Shown here piece by piece: positions 33,893 to 42,266 of a stretch of DNA of 64,000 bases. Source of the stretch: Bacteroidales bacterium. Lineage in GTDB: Bacteria > Bacteroidota > Bacteroidia > Bacteroidales > UBA932. A program made the position numbers and the translations under genes. A model generated the notes under the pieces. The model worked only from the letters and a program-made list of their open reading frames with translations, ran no database searches and was not told the origin of the DNA. The stretch's first letter is position 1, and each line of letters opens with the position of its first letter. The stretch is from assembly GCA_024398365.1 (NCBI GenBank), contig JAKSJG010000003.1, positions 20,960-84,959 on the forward strand. Direction: 5' to 3'.

Positions 33893-36409
33893 ATGAAGAA
33901 ATTTTTCTTTATCGCCGCAATGCTGTGCGCCGGCCTTCAGGCCAGCGCACAGCCTGGCATTAAGGCGGACGTGAAGCCTGCCAGTTCGCTTGAATACTTC
34001 TATTCCGCCAAGGGCGTGAGCTACAATCAGGCCATCCCTGACCCTCAGTCTTTCCTCGGTTACAACATCGGTGAAAGGTTTGTGGAGTACGGGGACGCCC
34101 TTCGCTATGTCATGGCTCTTGACAGGGCTTCAGACCGCGTCTCATTCAAGACCTTCGGAAAGACCTTCGAAAACCGTCCTTTCATCCAGGTGTACATCAC
34201 CTCTCCGGCCAATCAGGCTAAACTTGAGGACATACGTCTGGAGCACCTCAAGCTGACCGATCCCAAGACCGCAGCATCGATGGATGCGAAGAAGCTCCCT
34301 ATCGTCATTGACGTGATGGGTTCCATCCACGGCAACGAGGCTTCTGGCATCAACGCCATCGTGCCTCTCATGTATTTCTACGCAGCAGCTGAGGACCCGG
34401 CAGTCAAGGACCTCCTCGACAATGCCATCCTCATCTTCACCCCGGGCCAGAACCCGGACGGTCTCAACCGCTTCGCGACAAATGTCAATGTATATTCCAG
34501 CTACAATGCTGACATCCTCAACAACAGCATCAAGGAGCACAGCCTTCCGTGGCCTTCAGGCCGTTCCAACCACTATTGGATGGACGTCAACCGCGACTGG
34601 CTCACAGCCCAGATGCCGGAAGGTCAGAATCTGGTGAAGATGTACGAATACTGGATGCCTAACGTTGTCCTCGACCTCCACGAGCAGGGCAGCGGATCAT
34701 CCGGCGAATATTATTTCAGCCCGGGCGATGCTAACCGTACCCACTACTGCATCCCTCAGAAGAATCAGGACCTGACTCTCGAGATCTCCAAATACACTGA
34801 GCACGCCATCGACTCCTGCGGCATCACCTACTTCACAAGAAGGGGTTATGATGACTTCTTCATCGGCAAGGGAGCCTGCTACGGAGACGTACAGGGTTCG
34901 GTCTGCATTCTTCACGAGCAGTCAGGCACCTACGGTCACATGAGGGAATTCAAGAAGCGCAACGAGATAAGAAAATTCATCGAGACTGTGCGCAACCAGA
35001 GCGTCGCTTCAATGGCCGTAATCAACGGCGCATATGCCAACCGTGACGAGATCAGGGACTATCAGACAGAGTTCTACATCAATTCAGCCAAGGAGGCCGC
35101 TGCCGATGCCAACAAGGGCTACAGTTTCAGCACATCCAACAAGGGCATTGCATACCATTTCATCAATAATCTCCTCCTTCACGAGATAGACGTCTATCCA
35201 GTGGCGGACAAGGCTGACACCTGGTTCGTGCCATTCGAGCAGAGGCATTACAAGAAGCTCAAGACCATCTTCGACGATATCACCGAATATGGCAAGGGCA
35301 ACACCCGCTTCTATGATATTTCCACCTGGGGTCCGGTATATGCCTACAACCTCAAGCGCGAACTGCTGGCAGAAACGCCTGCCCTCGGCGAGAAGATTAC
35401 CGTCAACACATTCCCTCAGGGTGAGGTCGAAGGTGGCCAGAGCACCGTCGGATATGCATTCAGCCTTGCTGAATATTACACCCCGTATATGCTCAACGCT
35501 CTCCAGAAGGCCGGTGTAGCAGTGAAGGTCGCTCCTCAGGGCTTCGAATACAAGTACAAGGCGGGCAAAATCAAGAAGACCTTCCCTGCAGGTACCATCG
35601 TAATCCCTGCTGATGGCCAGGAGCTCGCCGCTGACGCTCTGTATGCTGTCATCTCTGAACAGGCTGCCAAGTGCGCCGTGACAGTTGAGGCTCTCAAGTC
35701 CGACAAGAGAAAGGGCTTCACCCTCTCTGACGTGGAACTCAGGGACGTGCGTTCACCGAAGACCATCATCGCTACGGATATGGGTTCACAGGGTGAAATA
35801 GGTGAAGACTGGTTCGTCCTCGATCACCGCTACGATTTGCAGCATTATATGATGGACTTCAAGAAGCTGAATAATGCGGACTTCAAGATTGAAGACTACA
35901 ACGTGCTTGTACTCTGCGGTTCGGTTCCTTCCAGGAAGGCTGCATCCATAGCCTACGGCAATATCGCGAAATGGGTTGAAAACGGCGGTACGCTCATCCT
36001 TCAGGGCAATGCGCTTCACGCTGCCGAGAACATCGGCCAGCCGAAGATAATTAACAATGAGGGTAAGGGAGTCCAGGGTCTCGTACTCAAGGCTGACGCC
36101 AAATTGTCCAGCCCTCTCCTCTGGGGCTATGACCAGCAGCAGATTCCTGTATTCAAGGGCGGAGCCGGGACCTACACTGTTCCGGAAAGCGCCGAGACAG
36201 TACTCTCCTGGAGCACTGAGGATCCATACCTCACAGGTTATGTGACCGAGGAAAACCTCAACCGCATCAAGGGTACACCTGTCGTATCGGTGATGAAGTT
36301 CGGCAAGGGAAGCATAGTCTTCATCGCCGAGGACCTCAACTTCCGTTCATACTGGTACGGTACCACCCACATCTTCACCAACGCCATCTACTTCGGCGAT
36401 ATGCTTTAG
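33893..36409 (+). CDS. M14-family zinc carboxypeptidase-like protein (large, exported)
   Basis: It has a signal peptide. The zinc-binding motifs are GSIHGNEASG (HxxE) and DLHEQG (second His), with FTPGQNPDG between them. A ~450 aa C-terminal extension is present. Confidence 0.85.
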   Translation: MKKFFFIAAMLCAGLQASAQPGIKADVKPASSLEYFYSAKGVSYNQAIPDPQSFLGYNIGERFVEYGDALRYVMALDRASDRVSFKTFGKTFENRPFIQVYITSPANQAKLEDIRLEHLKLTDPKTAASMDAKKLPIVIDVMGSIHGNEASGINAIVPLMYFYAAAEDPAVKDLLDNAILIFTPGQNPDGLNRFATNVNVYSSYNADILNNSIKEHSLPWPSGRSNHYWMDVNRDWLTAQMPEGQNLVKMYEYWMPNVVLDLHEQGSGSSGEYYFSPGDANRTHYCIPQKNQDLTLEISKYTEHAIDSCGITYFTRRGYDDFFIGKGACYGDVQGSVCILHEQSGTYGHMREFKKRNEIRKFIETVRNQSVASMAVINGAYANRDEIRDYQTEFYINSAKEAAADANKGYSFSTSNKGIAYHFINNLLLHEIDVYPVADKADTWFVPFEQRHYKKLKTIFDDITEYGKGNTRFYDISTWGPVYAYNLKRELLAETPALGEKITVNTFPQGEVEGGQSTVGYAFSLAEYYTPYMLNALQKAGVAVKVAPQGFEYKYKAGKIKKTFPAGTIVIPADGQELAADALYAVISEQAAKCAVTVEALKSDKRKGFTLSDVELRDVRSPKTIIATDMGSQGEIGEDWFVLDHRYDLQHYMMDFKKLNNADFKIEDYNVLVLCGSVPSRKAASIAYGNIAKWVENGGTLILQGNALHAAENIGQPKIINNEGKGVQGLVLKADAKLSSPLLWGYDQQQIPVFKGGAGTYTVPESAETVLSWSTEDPYLTGYVTEENLNRIKGTPVVSVMKFGKGSIVFIAEDLNFRSYWYGTTHIFTNAIYFGDML

Positions 36410-36454
36410 CCTATCCCTGGCACTCAAGTGCCTGACAATCAATAATAACACTGT

Positions 36455-36494
36455 ATGTCACCTGCGCAAAATCGCGCAGGTGACATATGTTTTA
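36455..36494. terminator. Bidirectional intrinsic terminator between the convergent M14 and ABC-exporter genes
   Basis: A 13-bp perfect stem, atgtcacctgcgc (36455-36467) with gcgcaggtgacat (36474-36486), has a 6-nt loop. A T-rich tract follows on plus (atgtttta) and on minus (ttattatt). Confidence 0.75.
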
Positions 36495-36529
36495 ATGGCT
36501 GGTAATCAGCGATTTAAGCGCTTTGCTGG

Positions 36530-38155
36530 CTAGCCGATGCGGAGAATCTCGTCAGCGGCGCAGGTGACAGCCTCGCGGTGGCTGATGAAGAGAATGGTCT
36601 TGCGGCCGCTGAAACGGGCCGTGAGATTGGCTAGAAGGGCCTTTTCGGTCTCGGCATCCACAGCCGAGGTCGCCTCGTCGAGAATCAGCACGCCACCCTT
36701 CTGCAGCAGGCTGCGCGCTATGGCGATACGCTGCGCCTGACCTTCGCTCAGGCCGCCGCCCTTCTCGCTGCACACCGTCTCCAGACCCTTTTCGAGATCA
36801 AAGACAAAATCGGCCACAGCGCAATGCAGGGCGTCACGCAGCTCCTCTTCGGTGGCATCGCTCTTGGCCAGCAGCAGATTCTCGCGAATGGTGCCGCTCA
36901 TCAGGCTGTTGCCCTGAGGCACATACATGAAATTGCATCGTGTGGCGGCGCAGACAGGCTTGCCGGCGAGGAGTATTTCGCCCTTCTGCGGAGTCAGCAG
37001 CGCGAGCACAAGCTTGGTCAGCGTGCTCTTGCCGGCTCCCGTGAGGCCTGCGATGGCAGTCATCCTGCCACCCTTGAAAGTATATGAGAAATCCTTGAAG
37101 ACAGGCTTCTCCTGCCCGTCATAGGCGAATGTGAGATCCTTCACTTCAATCTCCGGAGCCTCGCCTACCTCCAGCCTCTCGGACTGGCTCTCAAGCGGGA
37201 GATCCTGCAGCTCCATAAGACGCTCAACCGAAGTCAGTGCGTGAATGAATGCAGGTATATGACGTGAAATATCCGCGATAGGCCTCTGCACCTGACCGAC
37301 CAGTTGCAGGAATGCCGTCATCATACCGTAGGTCACAATTCCCTTGTTGATACCGAACACGCCCCAGAGGAATGCCGCACCGTAGCCTGCCATGAATCCG
37401 AAACTCATGAAAGTGCGGGCGACTGCATTGTAGTTGAGGCGGGTGATGGTATTGCCCAGCACGTCCTTCTGCAGCAAGCCCATCCTGCTCAGGACCTTCT
37501 CGGTGCCGATGAGAGTCAGCACCAGTATCCTGTTCTGCAGATTCTCCTGCATGTGACCCTGGATCTCACTGTCCTTGGCGCGTATTGCGTCTGTCAGCCT
37601 GCGGAGGGTGCGGAAAAACATCCTGCTGCCCACCACGGCGGCACACATCAGTATCAGCAGCACCCAGGCCAGGCCCGGTGCCATCGAAAGCAGGAAGATG
37701 GAGGCGGCCAGCAGCTGGCAGAGGGTCACTATGGCGTCCGGCAGCCTTGAGCAGAGCAGGTCCACGACCACGCGTATGTCCTCCTCGAGCCTGTTCACCA
37801 TATCACCGCTGTGGAATGCCTCGCGGCCGTTCCAGCGGCTCCGGATGACATGCGCGAAGGTGTCGTACCTCATTGCGTTCTGTGTCTTGACTATGCTCAG
37901 ACTCTCCCAGTATGAGGCCGCAATGCCGGTCAGCAGCTGCGCCAGCATTATGCCTACCATTATGCCGGCATTGGCGCTGAGACTGGCGTCAACGATATTG
38001 CCGGTGGCGATATCCACCAGCCTCTTGCATATCCAGACGAAGCTCAGGGAGGCGGCAATGCGCACAAGGCCTATGAGGATGCTCACCAGCACCCTCCATC
38101 TGACAGGCTTGAACATCCCGCAGAGTCCCTTCCAGCAGCTTCTGAAATCCTTCAT
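36530..38155 (-). CDS. ABC exporter, fused permease/ATPase (MsbA/bacteriocin-exporter type, no C39 domain)
   Basis: 541 aa with an N-terminal 6-TM domain. Walker A is GLTGAGKSTL, the signature is LSEGQAQRIAIARSLL and Walker B is VLILDEATSAVD. Confidence 0.9.
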   Translation of the reverse strand: MKDFRSCWKGLCGMFKPVRWRVLVSILIGLVRIAASLSFVWICKRLVDIATGNIVDASLSANAGIMVGIMLAQLLTGIAASYWESLSIVKTQNAMRYDTFAHVIRSRWNGREAFHSGDMVNRLEEDIRVVVDLLCSRLPDAIVTLCQLLAASIFLLSMAPGLAWVLLILMCAAVVGSRMFFRTLRRLTDAIRAKDSEIQGHMQENLQNRILVLTLIGTEKVLSRMGLLQKDVLGNTITRLNYNAVARTFMSFGFMAGYGAAFLWGVFGINKGIVTYGMMTAFLQLVGQVQRPIADISRHIPAFIHALTSVERLMELQDLPLESQSERLEVGEAPEIEVKDLTFAYDGQEKPVFKDFSYTFKGGRMTAIAGLTGAGKSTLTKLVLALLTPQKGEILLAGKPVCAATRCNFMYVPQGNSLMSGTIRENLLLAKSDATEEELRDALHCAVADFVFDLEKGLETVCSEKGGGLSEGQAQRIAIARSLLQKGGVLILDEATSAVDAETEKALLANLTARFSGRKTILFISHREAVTCAADEILRIG

Positions 38156-38164
38156 CAGTAAGAA

Positions 38165-38434
38165 TTATTCGGCTACAAGGCCGGCTTCAACCCATTTCTC
38201 GAGCAGGGCCTTTGCATCCCTGGCTGCCACTTCCTCTTCCACCTCGTACTTCTCGAGCAGGAGGTCCTTGAGGTCATCCGCATTGAAATCCTTGCCCTCA
38301 ACGCTTTCCCACAGATATGCAGCGGTGCCGTTGAGTGAGATCATCTTGTTGAAATTGGTCTGTGCGAGGCCTTCGCCCACGATGATGTACTCCTTGCCGA
38401 GAGTACGCATCTTGAATCCTTCTATTATTTTCAT
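38165..38434 (-). CDS. PqqD-family protein (RiPP recognition element-like)
   Basis: 89 aa. The sequence ...YIIVGEG......MISLNGTAAYLWESVEGKDFNADDLKDLLLEKYEVEEEVAARDAKALLEKWVEAGLV follows the PqqD pattern (LNxTaxxIWxxl.g..t.eel...l...Y.v....a..Dv..fl..L...gl). Confidence 0.8.
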   Translation of the reverse strand: MKIIEGFKMRTLGKEYIIVGEGLAQTNFNKMISLNGTAAYLWESVEGKDFNADDLKDLLLEKYEVEEEVAARDAKALLEKWVEAGLVAE

Positions 38435-38868
38435 ATCAGTCTTAATATTCTTCTGTAAACAGCTAAAATGTATCTTCTTACCGGAAGCAGGCGCTTCCAG
38501 ATGCGGCCCTTGCCCGGCTCGAATTCCCGGCCGGAGGCCTTGATGATGCGGACCACCGTGCCGCAGATGTCCGCCTTGGTGCAGTGCTCCGTGCCGCGGA
38601 TGTTGCCGTCACCCATAAGTGTGACCTTGTCGCCGTCCAGGGCGAATACGCGGTGCAGCACGTAGCGTCCTTCCTGAAGGTATGCCAGACAGATATCCCC
38701 GACTTCCACGTCATCCTTCTTGCGGAGGGCAACGCTGTCCCTCTCGCTGCGCAGATAAGGCAGCATGCTGGAGCCCTTGGCCATGATGATGACCTCCTGA
38801 TCGTTGTCCAGCAGTCTTCTCACCTCGGCGAGGAGGATCTCATTAGGTATGACCTTCTTCTCTATCAT
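38431..38868 (-). CDS. S24/S26-superfamily peptidase, ER/SipW-type (Ser-His) motif set, no TM anchor
   Basis: 145 aa. Box B is KGSSMLPYL, box C is VGDICLAY, box D is VLHRVFAL (His where bacterial P-type signal peptidases have Lys) and box E is LMGDGNIRG. There is no N-terminal hydrophobic helix, and the C-terminus is a basic amphipathic tail. Confidence 0.75.
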   Translation of the reverse strand: MIEKKVIPNEILLAEVRRLLDNDQEVIIMAKGSSMLPYLRSERDSVALRKKDDVEVGDICLAYLQEGRYVLHRVFALDGDKVTLMGDGNIRGTEHCTKADICGTVVRIIKASGREFEPGKGRIWKRLLPVRRYILAVYRRILRLI

Positions 38869-38871
38869 CTC

Positions 38872-39783
38872 TTATTCCGCTTCGGTAACGGCCTTGTGGC
38901 AGACGCGCGCCGCCTCTTCGTCAGGCAGGCAGTTGAGGGTGAAGCAAGGCACTCCGATGGCGACCTTCTCTATGGTGCTGTGCATGCCGTCCGCTATGCT
39001 GCGTATGGCGCGGAAGCCGGAGCAGGAAGGGTAAACGGCCGCATACGCCTCGACTATCGAGCTGCGCGTAATGATATTCTCCTTGAACTGGTTCAGGCGC
39101 ACGATGGCTCCCACCGGGGCGCAGTCATTCTTGTAGCAAGGTGTCTTGCCGCTCCACGGTGAGCCATAGACCCGTATCACGCCGTCCTCGTCAGCACGGA
39201 GTATCGGGTTGTCGTCATTGAGCAGCACACTGCCGTCAATGTACTTGAGCCAGAGGTTGCTGTGCGTGCTCTTGCCGGTGCCGCTCTTGCCGAGGAACAT
39301 ATAGCCCTTGCCGCCGTTCTTGATGACTGACGAATGCATCTCCAGAGTGCCGCGGGTGGCGGTGGTGAATGCGTAGAGTATCATCATCGCATTGTTGACG
39401 GCGAAATCGGCTATCCTGTCTGAAGCCACGGCCAGCTTGCCGCAGCTGAAATCCTCGCTGGCGAGCAGTCTGGCGCAGATAGGCATCTTCTGCACAGGGG
39501 CCATCTCGATGATCCACTGCACCTCTTCGCAAGCCTTGCCGTCCTCATCCGCCCTGCGGTAAATCTCTATGCGCGGCTGGTCCTCCTCTTCGGCCTTCTC
39601 CACATACACAGGCACCTTGTTCATCCTTTCCATCGAATCCACAAATTCGAGAGAGAAGACTGTCTCCGCATCGAAGACTTCCGTCTCGAACGGTGCGTAA
39701 TTGGTGAGGCGCTGCCAGAGCTCTTTGCCATCGTCCATTGTGAATGCGAACCGGTGTCCGGCTACTATGAAATGCTTTGTCAT
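38872..39783 (-). CDS. HPr-kinase-related / PEPCK-like P-loop protein
   Basis: 303 aa. The P-loop FLGKSGTGKSTHSNLW is followed by LLNDDNPIL and YGSPWSGKT. This pattern recurs in HprK-related kinases of peptide-modification clusters. The start ATG overlaps the PiT stop (ATGA). Confidence 0.6.
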   Translation of the reverse strand: MTKHFIVAGHRFAFTMDDGKELWQRLTNYAPFETEVFDAETVFSLEFVDSMERMNKVPVYVEKAEEEDQPRIEIYRRADEDGKACEEVQWIIEMAPVQKMPICARLLASEDFSCGKLAVASDRIADFAVNNAMMILYAFTTATRGTLEMHSSVIKNGGKGYMFLGKSGTGKSTHSNLWLKYIDGSVLLNDDNPILRADEDGVIRVYGSPWSGKTPCYKNDCAPVGAIVRLNQFKENIITRSSIVEAYAAVYPSCSGFRAIRSIADGMHSTIEKVAIGVPCFTLNCLPDEEAARVCHKAVTEAE

Positions 39784-40817
39784 AAGAAAAGTGCTATCAG
39801 TTTATAGAAAAGTCCGGAGATGACTATCGTCGCCGGGATGGTGAGCACCCAGGCCCAGACTATATTTTTGGCGGTCATCCACTTGACGCTCTTGACACCG
39901 TCCGTGAGGCCCGTGCCTATGATGGCACCGGTCACGGTGTGGGTAGTGGATACCGGGATGCCGAGGAATGCGGTGGTGATGAGGGTCAGGGAGCCGGAAA
40001 GTTCGGAGCAGAAGCCTGTCACAGGAGTGACCTTGGTCAGGCCGCTGCCCAGGGTCTTGATGACCTTCCATCCGCCGATTATGGTACCCATGGAGATCAG
40101 CAGGTATGAGACTATCATCAGCCAGTATGGCACGAACTGTCCTTCATCCACATTGTAGAGCAGCTGGAGCAGGCCGTTGTCCGGATTCTGCGCCAGCGCC
40201 GCTGAAAGCAGTATGGCTACAATGCCCATGGTCTTCTGTCCGTCGTTGAGGCCGAAGCTGAATGAGAACACTGCCGATGAGAAGAGCTGAAGCCTGCGGA
40301 AGGCATTTTCGGATTTCTTGTAATTGGAGTTCTTCAGCACCTTCATGAAGAAGCAGTGCATGAAGAATCCCAGCACCATGCCGATGAGAGGGGAGAGCAC
40401 GATGAAGAGCAGTATGTTGCCAATGCCGCTGGCGATGAGGTATTCGCTGCCGAAGCCGAACCACACCGGGCCGATGAGGCCGCCGATGAGGGCGTGTGAT
40501 GCCGAGATAGGCAGGCCGAACTTGGTGCAGACGAAGGTCCAGAAAGCGGCGCCGGTCAGTGCCGCCAGGATCACGAAGTGATCGATTTTGCCGGCATCCA
40601 CGATGCCCTTGCCCATGGTCTCAGCCACAGAAGGAGGGATGATGAAGAAGACGAAGCAGGATATGAATATCCAGAACCCCGCCCACCATACGGCCCTCTT
40701 CGGGGTGAGCGCCTTGGTGGCGACCACCGTGGCGATGGCGTTGGCCGCGTCGTTCATGCCGTTCATATAGCTGAACACCAGCGCAATGACGGCAGCTATG
40801 ATAACAACGGTCACCAT
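39780..40817 (-). CDS. Inorganic phosphate transporter, PiT family
   Basis: 345 aa and polytopic. Both halves carry the PiT signature, GMNDAANAIATVV at the N-terminus and VSTTHTVTGAIIG in the C-terminal half. Confidence 0.9.
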   Translation of the reverse strand: MVTVVIIAAVIALVFSYMNGMNDAANAIATVVATKALTPKRAVWWAGFWIFISCFVFFIIPPSVAETMGKGIVDAGKIDHFVILAALTGAAFWTFVCTKFGLPISASHALIGGLIGPVWFGFGSEYLIASGIGNILLFIVLSPLIGMVLGFFMHCFFMKVLKNSNYKKSENAFRRLQLFSSAVFSFSFGLNDGQKTMGIVAILLSAALAQNPDNGLLQLLYNVDEGQFVPYWLMIVSYLLISMGTIIGGWKVIKTLGSGLTKVTPVTGFCSELSGSLTLITTAFLGIPVSTTHTVTGAIIGTGLTDGVKSVKWMTAKNIVWAWVLTIPATIVISGLFYKLIALFL

Positions 40818-40820
40818 TGT

Positions 40821-41471
40821 TTATCCCATTTTTACGAGTATGCAGCGTACTGTGTCGGCAAAGTCCTTTGCGGCGTCAGTCACATCTTCGAGAGCCTGTA
40901 CGATACTCTTCTTCTTGATGAGTTCGATGGCGTCCTTCTCTTCCTTGAACAACTTGCTGAGGAATGAAGCGTATATCTCGTCAACGATGTGCTCTATCTC
41001 CTTCAGTTCATTGCAGAGCTTGTCAATCTCGCTGACATCCTTGCGTATGGTCTCGAACTTGTTGGTGATGGCAAGTATGGCGTGGGCTGCCTGATCTATG
41101 TATCCGGCCATCTCGGTGATTCTCTCATCAGTTCCGGCAGGCTGGTATATGGCAATCTTCTTGGCCGAGTCGCGGATGATATCCACCACCGTATCAATGT
41201 CCTGTGCGAGTTCGTGTATGTCATCGCGGTCAAAAGGGGTTACGAATGCCACCAGCAGTTCATCGGAAATCCTGGTGGTATAGGTATCACCGGTAGTCTC
41301 GCATTCCTTGATGCGGTGTGAGAGGATTTCACGATGGTCAGGGTTCTCTTCTCTGGCAAGTTCCATGAGGAGGCCTGAGGCTTTCACGAGATTTTCGGCA
41401 GCCTGTATGAAAAGAGGGAAGAATCTCTTCTCCTTGACTACGAAAAGTTGCAGGAAATTGTCAAGTTTCAT
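40821..41471 (-). CDS. DUF47-family (PhoU-like) phosphate transport regulator
   Basis: 216 aa and all-helical. It is the usual partner gene immediately upstream of pit (KEKRFFPLFIQAAENLVKASGLL..., ...DRDDIHELAQDIDTVVD..). Confidence 0.8.
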   Translation of the reverse strand: MKLDNFLQLFVVKEKRFFPLFIQAAENLVKASGLLMELAREENPDHREILSHRIKECETTGDTYTTRISDELLVAFVTPFDRDDIHELAQDIDTVVDIIRDSAKKIAIYQPAGTDERITEMAGYIDQAAHAILAITNKFETIRKDVSEIDKLCNELKEIEHIVDEIYASFLSKLFKEEKDAIELIKKKSIVQALEDVTDAAKDFADTVRCILVKMG

Positions 41472-41494
41472 ACTTCTTTATAAAGTTTAATCCG

Positions 41495-41502
41495 CAAATA
41501 TA
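41495..41502 (-). promoter_or_regulatory. Bacteroidota -7 box (TATATTTG on minus) for the DUF47-PiT-...-ABC operon
   Basis: The plus strand reads CAAATATA. It lies 24 nt upstream of the ATG at 41471. Confidence 0.45.
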
Positions 41503-41546
41503 CAAAAATAACGGAATTATTTGCAGTACTCCCGCCGGACATCGCT

Positions 41547-41640
41547 GCCGGAGGGGGTTGGAAGCGAAGGCGATTTGCGAGAGCGGATAATGGCGGAAGC
41601 CTGCATGGCGGTGATTAGCGCCATCCTTTGCCCGACGACC
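41547..41640 (+). repeat. Repeat module A, copy 1 (94 bp)
   Basis: The sequence gccggagggggttggaagcgaaggcgatttgcgagagcggataatggcggaagcctgcatggcggtgattagcgccatcctttgcccgacgacc is 92/94 identical to 42604-42697. It contains the hairpin atggcg-gtgattag-cgccat. Confidence 0.9.
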
Positions 41641-41808
41641 CCAAGAGGGCATTGCTGCCGCCAGGTGATTTTCAACATTGATGTAGCGCGGACTCCGCTC
41701 AAAAAGGAAAAAGCGCCATCAGGCGCTAGCGCAGGCCGCATTTGGGCCCCATTAATGGGGTAGCGGCCGAAGCGGCGGGGTGCGGGGCAGAGCCCTGCCT
41801 TATAACAA

Positions 41809-41893
41809 GGCCGCCGCCATGCGGTTGACGCCCCGCTCGAGACAATTTTCGCCTGAGTCCCAACCTCCTCCGGCGCAAGCCCGGCGGCGGGAT
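41809..41893 (+). repeat. Repeat module B, copy 1 (85 bp)
   Basis: The sequence ggccgccgccatgcgg..cccgctcgagacaa.tttcgcctgagtcccaacctcctccggcgcaagcccggcggcgggat is about 81/85 identical to 42753-42837. Its ends (ccgccgcc and ggcggcgg) are complementary. A third partial copy lies at 42435-42480. Confidence 0.9.
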
Positions 41894-41948
41894 TGAGGTT
41901 TGGGTGACAAGGTCCGTCCTCTGATGCCATTTTGAGAGGGGTTAGCAG

Positions 41949-42164
41949 CACCCAGGGCCTCAAATCGAGGCATGGGTGCCAGAGATGTGTCCTGAAGGAC
42001 CGTCAGAAGGGGGATGCCGGAACCCAAGGTCGCAAATCGAGGCTTGGGTGCCGGGTACCGGCCTCGGAGACTGGTCTGACGGGGTGGTCCGTCACCCAAA
42101 GGCCGAAATCAAGTTTTCGACCAGATTCGGTTCAGGAACGTAAAAGGTTCTGGGACGGACTTTT
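41949..42164 (+). repeat. Three units with exact 72-bp periodicity, each opening with a hairpin (c/a)acccaNgg..caaatc(g/a)ag..
   Basis: The units start at 41949, 42021 and 42093. Examples are cacccagggcctcaaatcgaggcatgggtg and aacccaaggtcgcaaatcgaggcttgggtg. Only the first ~30 nt of each unit is conserved. Confidence 0.7.
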
Positions 42165-42228
42165 CCGCTCAGCATGTGGTATCCGATTTGTGCTGTAATC
42201 GGCAATGTCTTGGTACATAGATATATGC

Positions 42229-42266
42229 AAAAAGACCCTCCTGCGAAATCCAGCGAGGGTCTTTTT
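42229..42266. terminator. Orphan bidirectional intrinsic terminator inside the non-coding repeat region
   Basis: aaaaagaccctc (42229-42240) pairs with gagggtcttttt (42255-42266), with additional ctg/cag pairing in the loop. It has an A5 run on the left and a T5 run on the right. No CDS lies within 750 nt on either side. Confidence 0.7.

Noticed and set aside
36418-36432. A sigma-54 -24/-12-like sequence, TGGCACtcaagTGCC, after the M14 gene.
   Set aside because: The GG-to-GC spacing is one nucleotide short of the consensus. The sequence is a perfect palindrome (ggcac/gtgcc) located just after a stop codon with no downstream gene in that orientation. It is more likely a small hairpin.
37575-38543. 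A 322-aa plus-strand ORF spanning the ABC exporter, PqqD and peptidase genes.
   Set aside because: It runs antisense across three well-supported minus-strand genes. It is Ser/Leu/Arg-rich with no motif.
36530-39783. Calling the kinase/peptidase/PqqD/ABC genes a lasso-peptide biosynthetic cluster.
   Set aside because: The defining Asn-synthetase-like lasso cyclase, the transglutaminase-like B2 protease and any precursor ORF are all absent. Only the accessory-type components are present.
41513-42266. The possibility of a known housekeeping RNA (RNase P RNA, tmRNA, SRP/4.5S, 6S) in the terminator-bounded non-coding segment.
   Set aside because: I found no GAGGAAAGTCC-type RNase P core, no tmRNA tag-reading frame or tRNA-like end, and no SRP GGAA/AGCA domain-IV motif on either strand. 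This is an eye scan only, so an Infernal search remains necessary.
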